29,103 nucleotides of DNA from a virus (IMGVR_UViG_3300017766_005678:1-29103); one strand, 5' to 3'. Counted from the first letter of the stretch, positions 17,901 to 26,048 are shown. The notes: generated by a model from the letters alone, not told the origin. Program-made: numbers and translations.

Positions 17901-18192
17901 CAGGAGAATCATTGAGCTTGGATCGGGCATGGAGAAGATGATCTCCTCAATAGCGATTCGAGTTGCACTCACCAGGATTACCTCCCTTCCCAAGCCCGAT
18001 TTCATCATCATTGACGAGGGCTTTGGGTCGCTGGACGAGAGCCAGATCGTCGCATGCAACAATCTCATCAGGTCGCTCAAGCGAATCTATCGGTTCATTC
18101 TTGTGATATCGCACGTTGATGCGATCAAGGACTCTGTGGATCAGGTCATTGAGATCAGCAGGGTCAACGGCGCGTCGAGAGTCAACGCATGA
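14986..18192 (+). CDS. Fused Mre11/SbcD nuclease - Rad50/SbcC ATPase (T4 gp47+gp46 equivalents in one chain, 1068 aa)
   Basis: Phosphoesterase motifs HISDIH, GGDIWH, GNHD, FHG and GDIH in the N-terminal third. Then Walker A GPNRIGKSS (aa ~431), Q-loop SAQG, coiled coil with central Cys pair, signature-like LGSGMEK, Walker B/D-loop IIIDEGFGSLD and H-switch ISHV. Confidence 0.93.
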   Translation: MRIAHISDIHIRGLQRHAEYRQAFSDFYDRCIEQNVNAIFVGGDIWHTKTQGITPEAVHLMTDFFKSMAQIAPVYVTLGNHDGILSNASRLDAITPIISAIGSSTRHPIILCKKSGVYPMHVSGYNLCVFSCFDEEGWDKVKPVPGEINIAAFHGGIAGCLLDSDMEYQADTTIDLFNGFNVALLGDIHRMQFLSYKQVRVLVSAEKLHEYPGANVLGSKLGLLEIEAPMPWIGYSGSFLQQNYGEAAPKGFLIWDIPGPETHKVWFEEVETPDPYVTIKWHTDVATTIRSPGLKKGCRVRLVCDSTCSPQDERQIHTELQVKCDIREFVVKREKKDTALVVSDVISEDLRSPGTHIKLIKEMVRDYHTQEEWELAEDIVSKALSEAGDKAEDARGVTWSVQSLEFDDIFTYAGGNSVSFADMRGVTGIFGPNRIGKSSIIGALVYCLFNTTDRGSMKNIHVIRSGQQGCRVKADIAVGDRQLQVERSSTLKYERNGRIWAPTSLTLTDSKDNASGEQRTDTEKIIRRSIGSVDDFFMTALSAQGTMNRFIDEGATSRKTYLGRFLDLDLFDRVLESIKTDANSIKSRLKLMPDRDWSAAILAARSRIGEIERRMQDIDSAVQALHDSRELLQNQIISEAGNRQVVTAADIQRLSSIVARKRKDLTDASEREASAEERKRSIESKLSAIDDLKQQVDISTLKAQLKAQRDLEKQISDLTASLRVVKTDLKSANENASVLSQIPCGDKFPTCKFIERSFESRDRLTSLQSAVDDAEASLKSSQDALTLVAALDIEEKISKYTSAVAREQDLRSSLHASSGDIEAAKEAVSQAESSLIDAKNAYDEAVKKSQDPEAAQVLEHKRKIDSINAEIDGYGIERGNCQSEITKKEIEEKSLSDGQEEHKELRKKWRVYETLLSAYSKKGLPSQILDKLLPAINQEIAEILSGVVNFTVALEIDSETNALEIYIDYGDSRRIIELGSGMEKMISSIAIRVALTRITSLPKPDFIIIDEGFGSLDESQIVACNNLIRSLKRIYRFILVISHVDAIKDSVDQVIEISRVNGASRVNA

Positions 18193-18386
18193 TCATTCCA
18201 CTTTTTTGCCCTGTCTGCATGCAGGCAATGTCAAGTCCTATGGATCCAGAGCAGTTCCAGATTCATGGATGCTGCGATGACTGCGCAGTTAGTTTTGCTG
18301 AGACGCGTCGAGACGAGTGGAATCGCGGCTGGCGCCCAACTGTTGAAGAGGCAAGACGAGGCAGACAGCCGCCCAGTAATACCTAG
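18189..18386 (+). CDS. Small Cys-rich putative zinc-binding protein (65 aa)
   Basis: CPVC...CCDDC followed by W-x-x-GWRP; ATGA overlap with the Mre11-Rad50 stop. Confidence 0.7.
   Translation: MIIPLFCPVCMQAMSSPMDPEQFQIHGCCDDCAVSFAETRRDEWNRGWRPTVEEARRGRQPPSNT
18379..18385 (+). promoter_or_regulatory. Putative late-promoter-like motif ATACCTA
   Basis: 4 nt before ATG 18390, at the boundary between the DNA-processing block and the packaging block; no SD. Confidence 0.4.
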
Positions 18387-18389
18387 TGT

Positions 18390-18767
18390 ATGCTCAGCTT
18401 CAACGACATCAACGTTCTCGGCACGATAATCGACACAACCTTTGGTCGCCCGTCCTCCTCAGCCGGAGGAATAGCGATTAAGACAAAGATTGTGGGTGAA
18501 AACCTTGTGATCACGTACCACGAGGTTTTTAACATGGCTAAGGACAGGGACAAGATCCAGCAGGTCGATCCCGTCAGAGATCGCGCTAAGAAGGCTGTCA
18601 AGGAGCACTTCACGCACGTGAAGTCGTGCTTCAAGAAGGAGGCAGGACGTGAGCTTAAGCTCAAGATCGTCAGCGAGGGCGCTGAGATCGAGGCAATGGG
18701 CTACAACTTCCTAAGTCCGATTCGGCCGACGCTCTTCAAGTACACAGAGACCTACACGGTCGCGTGA
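18390..18767 (+). CDS. Hypothetical protein (125 aa) immediately upstream of terminase
   Basis: Fills the gap on the same strand as its neighbours; no recognisable motif. Confidence 0.75.
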   Translation: MLSFNDINVLGTIIDTTFGRPSSSAGGIAIKTKIVGENLVITYHEVFNMAKDRDKIQQVDPVRDRAKKAVKEHFTHVKSCFKKEAGRELKLKIVSEGAEIEAMGYNFLSPIRPTLFKYTETYTVA

Positions 18768-18770
18768 TGC

Positions 18771-20393
18771 ATGGGAGTCAGCCCATCAATAGTCCCTAAG
18801 AAAAAGCAGGTCGAGGAGATCATTAGGTGTGGAAGGGATCCCTCCTACTTCTTCAACACCTACTGCAAGATTCAGCATCCCACAAGGGGACTGCTTCCTT
18901 TCAATACGTACCCCTTCCAGGACGATTGCGTCGATCAGTTCAGGAAGCATCGCTTTAACATTGTGGTCAAGTCTAGGCAGCTAGGACTTTCCACAGTCAC
19001 AGCAGCGTACGCAGTCTGGATGGCTCTCTACCAGAAAGAGAAGAACATCCTGGTTATTGCCACTAAGCTGCAGGTCGCGCAGGGCTTTATCAGGAAGGTC
19101 AAGACCATCCTGAACAATATGCCGCCCTGGCTCATCCTGCCGCAGATAACTGTCAACAACAAGCAGCAGCTTGAGTTCAGCAACGGCTCCTCCATCAAGG
19201 CCATCCCGACCTCTGATGACGCGGGTCGTTCTGAGTCGTTGACCCTGCTCATTATTGACGAGGCAGCTTTCGTTCGAAACTTCGACGAGATCTGGACGGG
19301 AATTGGACCGACTCTGACAACAGGCGGTCAGGCAATTCTTCTCTCGACTCCCAACGGTGTGGGCGGCCAGTTCTACAAGTTGTACGCAGACGCTGAGTCT
19401 GGCGTCAACGAGTTCAACCCAATCAAGCTTCCTTGGACCGTCCATCCCGAGCATGATCAGGCGTGGTTTGACAAGGAGTCCAAGAACTACTCTGAGCGAC
19501 AGATCGCACAAGAGTTCATGTGCGACTTCGCAGCGTCAGGCGACACCTTCCTCACAGACGCGGACATTGCCTGGGTCAATGGGATGACTAGGCCCCCCGT
19601 AATGCGAGGCGGACCTGACATGAATGTCTGGGTATGGAAGATTCCCCTCACGGAGCACAAGTACATCCTCACAGGAGACGTTGCGAGGGGCGACTCTGCT
19701 GACTATTCGACTTTTCACATTGTTGACTGCATGACAGGTGAGGTCGTTGCCGAGTACCGCGGGAAAATGCCTCCTGACAGGTTTGCTGAGCTGATCAATG
19801 AGTGGGGACTCAAGTACAACAAGGCACTTGTTTGCCCAGAGAACAACTCGTACGGTTACGCATGCCTTCTTAGACTCAAGGACCTAAACTACCCGAGGAT
19901 CTACACGCAGGGATCCAAGTCAGCATTTATTGGGGACTACGTCCAGCCAGTTGATCTTGCGCAGGCAGGGTTTGCCACCACGGGAAAGACAAGGACTATC
20001 ATCCTGACAAAGCTCGAGGAGCTGATCAGGAACAAGCTGCTTGTCTCGTACTCCACACGCTTCTATCAGGAGCTGAAGACATTTGTGTGGTCCAACAACT
20101 CCAAGGCAGAGGCCATGAAGGGACACAATGACGACCTTGTCATGTCTCTTGCTATTGGAGCTTGGCTTTACGATGTCAACTCAGAGTACAGCAAGAGCGC
20201 AGTCAATATCAACACTGTCATGCTTAGCGCGATGAAGAGAACAACAGCTAGCTCAGTTGGACTTCTTCCTGGACAGACACCAAATATCTACACATCTGCA
20301 CAACTTGGCGCTCACCCGCAGGGCGACATGAGGATGGTCGGCGACCTTAAATCAGGAAGGATGCCGCAAGATCTCAGATGGCTTGTAAAGTAG
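18771..20393 (+). CDS. terL: Terminase large subunit (T4 gp17-like)
   Basis: YPFQ adenine-binding motif, Walker A KSRQLGLS, Walker B LLIIDEAAF, coupling motif STPNG, nuclease motifs GDVARG-x-x-x-D and GHNDDLVMS. Confidence 0.96.
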   Translation: MGVSPSIVPKKKQVEEIIRCGRDPSYFFNTYCKIQHPTRGLLPFNTYPFQDDCVDQFRKHRFNIVVKSRQLGLSTVTAAYAVWMALYQKEKNILVIATKLQVAQGFIRKVKTILNNMPPWLILPQITVNNKQQLEFSNGSSIKAIPTSDDAGRSESLTLLIIDEAAFVRNFDEIWTGIGPTLTTGGQAILLSTPNGVGGQFYKLYADAESGVNEFNPIKLPWTVHPEHDQAWFDKESKNYSERQIAQEFMCDFAASGDTFLTDADIAWVNGMTRPPVMRGGPDMNVWVWKIPLTEHKYILTGDVARGDSADYSTFHIVDCMTGEVVAEYRGKMPPDRFAELINEWGLKYNKALVCPENNSYGYACLLRLKDLNYPRIYTQGSKSAFIGDYVQPVDLAQAGFATTGKTRTIILTKLEELIRNKLLVSYSTRFYQELKTFVWSNNSKAEAMKGHNDDLVMSLAIGAWLYDVNSEYSKSAVNINTVMLSAMKRTTASSVGLLPGQTPNIYTSAQLGAHPQGDMRMVGDLKSGRMPQDLRWLVK

Positions 20394-20421
20394 CTGCCTA
20401 GAATAGGCACACGGAGAAAAA

Positions 20422-22497
20422 ATGGCCAAAGACCCGTCACCCAACCTCTTTCAGCGCTTGGGCAAGCTGTTCAGGAGCGGACCAGTCATAAAGCGGTCCG
20501 TGCGCGATGTAAGGACAGAAACAGGGCCGGGCCAGACGCTCTCTGCCTATGAGATGTTCCGAAAGAATCATAGCTCTGTGTACAGCAGTGCGATGAGCGC
20601 TTACGGGACGTATGACAGGCTTGCGAGATACAGCGACTTCTCTGAGATGGACTACTATCCAGAGATCAACAGCGCGCTAGACATCTACTCAGAGGAGGTT
20701 GCCTCGCCTGGCGTCGATGGACAGATTCTGTCTGTCTACTCAGAGAACAAGGACATTGAGCGCCTCCTCAATGAGCTCTTTTTTGACACTCTGAACGTCA
20801 ACTTCAACCTCACTGCCTGGGTTAGAAATCTCTGCAAGTACGGAGACTTCTGCCTTTTCAATGACGTTCACCCGGGAAGCGGCGTACTCAACGTCATTCC
20901 AATCCCAGTGAACGAGATTGAGCGTGAGGAGAATTACGATCCAAAGGATCCGATGGCAGTGCGCTATCGGTGGGTCACGCAGGGCAACACGCCTCTTGAA
21001 AACTGGCAGGTGACACACTTTCGACTCCTAGGCAACGACGCCTTCCTTCCCTACGGATCGTCTGTTCTAGAGGGCGCCAGAAGGGTGTGGAGGCAGCTTG
21101 TCCTCGCTGAGGACGCAATGCTTGTCTATCGCGTTGTCAGGTCGCCGGATCGAAGAGTTTTCTACATCGACGTTGGAAACGTCCCGCCCGAGGAGGTTCC
21201 AATGTACATGGAGCAGGCTCAGGCGGCCCTCAAGAAGAGTCAGGTGGTTGACAAGAACACGGGCCGTGTTGACATGCGATACAACCCCATGAGCGTCGAT
21301 GAGGACTACTTCATCCCGGTCAGAGGCGGTGAGTCAGGAACCAAGATCGACACCCTGTCAGGCGGCACCAATGCCGCTGCGATCGAGGACGTTCAGTACA
21401 TCCAGAAGAAGCTCTTTGCCGCTCTCAAGATTCCCAAGGCGTATCTTGGGTACGATGAGTCAATCGGAAGCAAGGCGACTCTTTCGCAGGAGGACATCAG
21501 GTTCTCCAGAACGATCGCAAGAATCCAGAGGACTGTGATCGCAGAGCTAAACAAGCTTGCAATCATCCACCTCTACACGAACGGCTTCGACGGCGACGAC
21601 CTTCTCGATTTCACACTTCAGCTTCCAAATCCCTCGACTATAGCTCAGCAGCAGAAGCTTGACCTCTATGGGACAAGATTCGACATTGTCTCCAAGGCGC
21701 CCGAGGGATACTTCGACAAGCGCTGGCTCCGCAAGAATCTTCTTGGACTCACCGACGAGGAGATTGAGGAGATCGAGGAAGGAAGAGTCAAGGACAAGCT
21801 GCGTGAGCTCGAGTTGGAGAAGGTGCAGGCTGAGACCACTGGCGGCGGCATGACAGATGAGCCGTCTGGATTCACCGGCGGTGAGATTGGCGCAGGTGAG
21901 CCCTCAATGCCGCCAGAGGGCGGAGCGCCGGCTCCTGAAATTCCTCTCTCACCCGCCCCTCCGGGAGGAGGCGCAGCATCAGGTGAGGCGCCAGCAGGAG
22001 GGGCAGCGACTCCTCCGGCAGCGATGGACGAGATCCAGTTCGATTATCTCAGGATGGGCGATGAGAACTCGCCCATCAGAGCCCAGAGGATGATCGACAG
22101 AAGCGTCAAGAATCTTGACAAGCTTCCTGTCATGATGAGTGAGGCAAGGAAGGCGCGCTCTCGCAAGAAGGGCGAAACTGCCGAAGAGCACGCCTTCTGG
22201 CTTCGCTACAACGCGGGAAGAAGGAAGCCAGGTGGGAACCTGAGATCTGACGTTGACCACAATGAGCTCACCAAGCATGACAAGGGCGACGAGAGGGACG
22301 CGATTACGCATCCCTACGGTGAGAAGAAAGACTACTCGCCCAGCCTCAAGGACTTGACTCCTACACTCGATGAGTCAATTGATCGCGACATACACGACAT
22401 AGTCAACAACTACACGACATCAATGACAAATGACATTAATGCTACGCTTCGCTCAATGAAGGCTGGCCTACCTAAGACAGGGGAGGGCAACGAGTAG
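20422..22497 (+). CDS. gp20: Portal protein (T4 gp20-like) with a long C-terminal extension
   Basis: YPEINSALD, EDAMLVYRVVRSPDRRVFYIDVGN, EDYFIPVRGG, TKIDTLSGG, EDVQYIQKKLFAALKIP, EDIRFSRTIARIQ. GGAG SD upstream. Confidence 0.95.
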   Translation: MAKDPSPNLFQRLGKLFRSGPVIKRSVRDVRTETGPGQTLSAYEMFRKNHSSVYSSAMSAYGTYDRLARYSDFSEMDYYPEINSALDIYSEEVASPGVDGQILSVYSENKDIERLLNELFFDTLNVNFNLTAWVRNLCKYGDFCLFNDVHPGSGVLNVIPIPVNEIEREENYDPKDPMAVRYRWVTQGNTPLENWQVTHFRLLGNDAFLPYGSSVLEGARRVWRQLVLAEDAMLVYRVVRSPDRRVFYIDVGNVPPEEVPMYMEQAQAALKKSQVVDKNTGRVDMRYNPMSVDEDYFIPVRGGESGTKIDTLSGGTNAAAIEDVQYIQKKLFAALKIPKAYLGYDESIGSKATLSQEDIRFSRTIARIQRTVIAELNKLAIIHLYTNGFDGDDLLDFTLQLPNPSTIAQQQKLDLYGTRFDIVSKAPEGYFDKRWLRKNLLGLTDEEIEEIEEGRVKDKLRELELEKVQAETTGGGMTDEPSGFTGGEIGAGEPSMPPEGGAPAPEIPLSPAPPGGGAASGEAPAGGAATPPAAMDEIQFDYLRMGDENSPIRAQRMIDRSVKNLDKLPVMMSEARKARSRKKGETAEEHAFWLRYNAGRRKPGGNLRSDVDHNELTKHDKGDERDAITHPYGEKKDYSPSLKDLTPTLDESIDRDIHDIVNNYTTSMTNDINATLRSMKAGLPKTGEGNE

Positions 22498-23352
22498 ATG
22501 TCCGCGCGTCCACACAATAAGAAGCGTAATACGGGCGTCATCTATGAGCAGCTCCTCAAGAGCGTCACGAAGTCGCTTGTCGAGGGAGACAGAAAGAGAG
22601 CCCAGACCTGTCTCGACATCATCGAGCGTCACTTCAAGCAGGGAACAGAGCTGTACAAAGAGTTTCGCCTCTTTAACGCTCTCGCCAACTGTGAGATCAG
22701 CGCATCACCCGTTGCAGCAGTTATCATAACTGAGGCTAAGGACGCGGCAAGAAGAGCGAATCGCGATCTTTTGGAGCGCGAGAAGGGCCACCTCATTGCT
22801 GAGATCAACAGGAAGCTGGGCCAGGATTTTTATGATACCCACTTTGAGCGGTATCGGGACTACGCCACAATTCAGGTTCTTCTGAACTCGTGGCGCACTC
22901 CTAGCCCTGACCTCGGCACGCTTTTCGACTATGAGAAGAAGCTCGTCGAGTCAATGCTCAGAGCTAAGCCCGCTTCTGAGGAGCAGGTAGAGCCTAGCGT
23001 CAATAGAGACGTGAACTCTCTTGTCGTCAACATTATGACTGAGAAGCTCAACAGTAAGTTCTCATCGTCTCTGACACATCAGCAGCAGCAGGTGATCAAG
23101 GAGTACGTGTTCTCACCGCCTGGGTCTGATCAAACGCGTCTCATCAACCTGATGAATGAGATCAAGCAGCAGTCCCTGAGAGACCTTGACACTTACCTAC
23201 TGCGCGAGACGAACGAGTACATCCTCTCGCAGGCGGGAGAGGTCAGAAAGCAGCTTGAGTCTCTAGCGGCGAGCGTCATTGACGATGAGGCAGTGGTCAA
23301 GTTTCTAACAGCGTCGAAGCTCAGCCAAGAGATAAGGGAGAGTGAAGCATGA
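22498..23352 (+). CDS. Hypothetical helical protein (284 aa) between portal and protease; probable head-assembly protein
   Basis: Abuts the portal stop and overlaps the protease by ATGA; basic N-terminus HNKKRNTG. Function inferred from position only. Confidence 0.75.
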   Translation: MSARPHNKKRNTGVIYEQLLKSVTKSLVEGDRKRAQTCLDIIERHFKQGTELYKEFRLFNALANCEISASPVAAVIITEAKDAARRANRDLLEREKGHLIAEINRKLGQDFYDTHFERYRDYATIQVLLNSWRTPSPDLGTLFDYEKKLVESMLRAKPASEEQVEPSVNRDVNSLVVNIMTEKLNSKFSSSLTHQQQQVIKEYVFSPPGSDQTRLINLMNEIKQQSLRDLDTYLLRETNEYILSQAGEVRKQLESLAASVIDDEAVVKFLTASKLSQEIRESEA

Positions 23353-23972
23353 GCGAGAAAAAGCTTCTCACCGAGTGGCTGCCATTTGAGTACACGCCCC
23401 AGCTTGTTGAGCAATCCCGCATGGAAAATTCGGGAAAGATCATCATGAAGGGCATCCTGCAGAAGGCGAATACACTCAACCAGAACGGGAGAATTTACCC
23501 CCTTCAGATTCTGACGCGCGAGATTCAGAACTACCAGAAGTTCATTAGAGAGAACAGGGCGTTGGGTGAGTGCGATCACCCTGCTGCGTCTGTGGTCGAG
23601 CTCAAGAACTCCTCGCACATTGTTAGATCAGCCAGGATGGACAACGGCGTAGTGTACGGCACTGTTGAGCTTCTCAACACGCCGTCAGGAAAGATACTGC
23701 AGAGCCTTGTTGAGTCAGGAGTCACCCTGGGAATTTCATCCCGAGGTGTCGGATCCACCAGGAAGCAGGGTGAGCACGACGTCGTTCAGGATGACTTTCA
23801 GCTCATCTGCTTCGACTTCGTCAGTGAGCCCTCCACGCCCGGTGCCTTCATGATGCGTGAGGGTCGCCTTCGTGAGGAGAAGATGCCTGATGCAGAGCTT
23901 CGCAGGATTTTTAACAGATCAGACAGGGTCAATAGGATCTTCAATGACATCCTGGGTTGGGAGAGAAGATGA
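23349..23972 (+). CDS. gp21: Prohead core protease (T4 gp21-like)
   Basis: NQNGRIYP, ALGECDHP (catalytic His), TPSGKIL, GISSRGVGS (catalytic Ser) and DFVSEPS. Confidence 0.95.
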   Translation: MSEKKLLTEWLPFEYTPQLVEQSRMENSGKIIMKGILQKANTLNQNGRIYPLQILTREIQNYQKFIRENRALGECDHPAASVVELKNSSHIVRSARMDNGVVYGTVELLNTPSGKILQSLVESGVTLGISSRGVGSTRKQGEHDVVQDDFQLICFDFVSEPSTPGAFMMREGRLREEKMPDAELRRIFNRSDRVNRIFNDILGWERR

Positions 23973-24415
23973 ACAGAGAAGACCTTAAGACGCTCATCAA
24001 GGAATGCCTCATTGAGATCCTCACAGAGGGTTCAGGACGAGCGCAGCCTCGACCGCGCGTCAATGAGTCTCCTGTCCGCGCAGTTGTGCAGGACATTCCT
24101 CGCAGAAAGACAATTGGGGGAATGAGCCTCGATCGTCCTGCAATGCCCAGGCAACAGACGCCACAGCCTGCTCCCACGCGAGCGGTAGCAAATGAGAGCA
24201 TTAAGCGGATCACGTCTGATCCCATGATGGCCTCTATTTTCGCCGATACTGCTGCAACAACTCTGCAGGAGCAGATTCAGGCCGAGAGCATGCGTCCAGG
24301 AACAGCCGCTGATCCATTCGCAGCAGCTGCTGCTAGAATTGATCCTAGCGACGCCTTCGGTGACGCCGCACAAAACTGGGCTGCTCTTGCCTTTTCCGAG
24401 CCTGTGAACAGGTAA
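23969..24415 (+). CDS. Hypothetical protein (148 aa), probable prohead core/internal protein
   Basis: Start reassigned from 23957 to ATG 23969 (ATGA overlap with the protease stop, GGGAG SD). N-terminal amphipathic helix LKTLIKECLIEILTE. Confidence 0.72.
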   Translation: MNREDLKTLIKECLIEILTEGSGRAQPRPRVNESPVRAVVQDIPRRKTIGGMSLDRPAMPRQQTPQPAPTRAVANESIKRITSDPMMASIFADTAATTLQEQIQAESMRPGTAADPFAAAAARIDPSDAFGDAAQNWAALAFSEPVNR

Positions 24416-24430
24416 ACGTCAGAATTGACG

Positions 24431-24437
24431 ATATTTA
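24431..24437 (+). promoter_or_regulatory. Putative late-promoter-like motif ATATTTA
   Basis: Intergenic, 18 nt before ATG 24456; the identical 7-mer recurs at 26078-26084. Confidence 0.55.
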
Positions 24438-24455
24438 CCCGTGGAGGTCCGTTCC

Positions 24456-24830
24456 ATGGCAAACGTCGTCAATCTCACAGCTGATACGCTCCGCAGAATC
24501 ATTCACGAGGAGCGTCAGAAGCTCATCGCAGAGGCCAAGAAGGGCAAGGGCTTTAAGTCCAAGCACTCTAACGTCCCACCAGAGCCCAAGGTCGAGGGCG
24601 GCAAGAAGTCAAACACGCACAAGCAGGTTGAGGCTTCCAAGAAGAAGGGCATGAAGGCCCTTGCGCTTGAGGAGAATGAGGTTGACGCCGACGCGATGGC
24701 CGAGACCCTCGCGAAGAAGGTTCAGCATCTCAATGAGATGAAGAGCTTCGAGAGGCGCCTTCGCACGCAGCTTCGCCTCGTCATCGAGCGCAAGAACGAT
24801 ATTGAGCAGGACATTGCGGATCTGCTCTGA
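24456..24830 (+). CDS. Hypothetical Lys/Glu-rich protein (124 aa), probable prohead core/internal protein
   Basis: Start reassigned to ATG 24456 because of the GGAGG SD at 24443-24447. N-terminal LTADTLRRIIHEE helix, basic middle, coiled-coil C-terminus. Confidence 0.75.
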   Translation: MANVVNLTADTLRRIIHEERQKLIAEAKKGKGFKSKHSNVPPEPKVEGGKKSNTHKQVEASKKKGMKALALEENEVDADAMAETLAKKVQHLNEMKSFERRLRTQLRLVIERKNDIEQDIADLL

Positions 24831-24833
24831 TCA

Positions 24834-24840
24834 ATAGGTA
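24834..24840 (+). promoter_or_regulatory. Putative late-promoter-like motif ATAGGTA
   Basis: Intergenic, 18 nt before ATG 24859, with the same spacing as at 24431. Confidence 0.4.
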
Positions 24841-24858
24841 GAGCAGAGGAGAGACACT

Positions 24859-25398
24859 ATGCCAACGCACAGACAAGCGACAGTTGTGGCCTTCGGACCT
24901 GCTGGAACCGGTGGAATGGGCCACAGAACAGACGCAAATCTCAAGGCTGCGTTCAAGTACTCTCCGCTCTACAACGAGTACTCAGAGGCCGCTGTCACCA
25001 ACGCCGGGATCTCCTCGCTCAACGGCGGCGGCGGTCCTGGCGACTCAATTCCCGGGATAGGAGTCGCAGGCGGCGTCGTCAATGATGGCGGGCACACCTT
25101 CGGCTCCTATGACCTCAACTACAACAATGCCGGCGGCGCTCCCGACCAGGACACAGTCGTGGTGGGCGGAGGCGGACTTCCTGCGTCAGGCTACGTCCCC
25201 AACCTCTCGTCGACTACACCGGGCGACATCTCACCCTCCCAGCAGCCAGTCTACGGCGGGACACTTCCTGCTCCTGGCACTGAGTACGGCGTAGGCCTCG
25301 GAGGGCTTGCCAAGCCTGCTGATACAACGCCCAACATCGCGGGCCAGAAGATTGGCTCCTACATCAAGGGCAGGTCGTACCTGGGCTCAGGTGGCTGA
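24859..25398 (+). CDS. Gly/Pro-rich protein (179 aa), candidate capsid cement/decoration protein
   Basis: AGGAG SD; C-ending codon preference similar to the capsid gene; located in the head module. Function is inference. Confidence 0.7.
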   Translation: MPTHRQATVVAFGPAGTGGMGHRTDANLKAAFKYSPLYNEYSEAAVTNAGISSLNGGGGPGDSIPGIGVAGGVVNDGGHTFGSYDLNYNNAGGAPDQDTVVVGGGGLPASGYVPNLSSTTPGDISPSQQPVYGGTLPAPGTEYGVGLGGLAKPADTTPNIAGQKIGSYIKGRSYLGSGG

Positions 25399-26048
25399 TG
25401 CTTCTTAGGGAGTTCTTTCCCGGCGTACTTCCGCCCAAAGACGCTGGTCCGGGCGGAAACGCTGGAAAGCCCGTTGGAGCTGGAAAAGAGTGGAAGTACC
25501 AGGGAAGTTGGCCGTACACAGATCCTCCAGCTGAGATTGCCGAGGAGGAGGAGCTCGCAGACATTCTGCGTGCTAGATTTGCCACAAAGGTGGGCAATGT
25601 TGTCCCTAGGAGGGACGCAGGATACGCGCGACCAGACGCAGGCAATTTCTTGGGCAGCTCTGGAACCTTCAACGCGCTCGCCGAGTCGCTTGGTCTGACT
25701 CCTCCTGGCGGCGTTGGGTTCATGCCAAACAGCATCGTTCCCATGGTTCACTTCAACAGGATGACCAATCGGACGCAGAGCCTCGGTGATCCTGCCCAGA
25801 TTCCAAACATAACGTCCGGTCCAGGTGTCAAGAACAGGACAGGAACCATTTACGGCACTAGCCACGCGTCAGTGCTAGCTGGCGACGAAAGTGAGACGTT
25901 CATACCTGGAAGGGGAGATATTCTGCCTGACAGGGATGAAAGAGGCCTCCTCAAGTCGCTTAAGCGCTTTAGAGATCTTCAAGCTAGACGTTATGGACAC
26001 CATCGTCAGCCCGGCGGTCTTCCAATTGTCTTCGGTGAGTGGAAGTAG
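25398..26048 (+). CDS. Hypothetical Gly/Pro-rich protein (216 aa)
   Basis: TGATG overlap with the upstream gene; ends in tandem stops TAG TGA. Confidence 0.7.
   Translation: MLLREFFPGVLPPKDAGPGGNAGKPVGAGKEWKYQGSWPYTDPPAEIAEEEELADILRARFATKVGNVVPRRDAGYARPDAGNFLGSSGTFNALAESLGLTPPGGVGFMPNSIVPMVHFNRMTNRTQSLGDPAQIPNITSGPGVKNRTGTIYGTSHASVLAGDESETFIPGRGDILPDRDERGLLKSLKRFRDLQARRYGHHRQPGGLPIVFGEWK

Noticed and set aside
20384-20404. TGTAAA...TAGAAT upstream of portal, resembling the primase promoter
   Set aside because: The spacer is only 9 nt versus 16 at primase, which is incompatible with a two-element promoter; a lone -10 cannot be excluded but is unsupported.
14000-22500. TAG stop-codon reassignment: TAG stops at 14002, 18386 and 22497 are each in frame with the next gene
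   Set aside because: No conserved gene is interrupted by TAG. The 409-aa gene ends at TAG exactly after the RIDF motif matching its paralogue's end, and TerL's TAG is out of frame with portal. The standard code explains everything.
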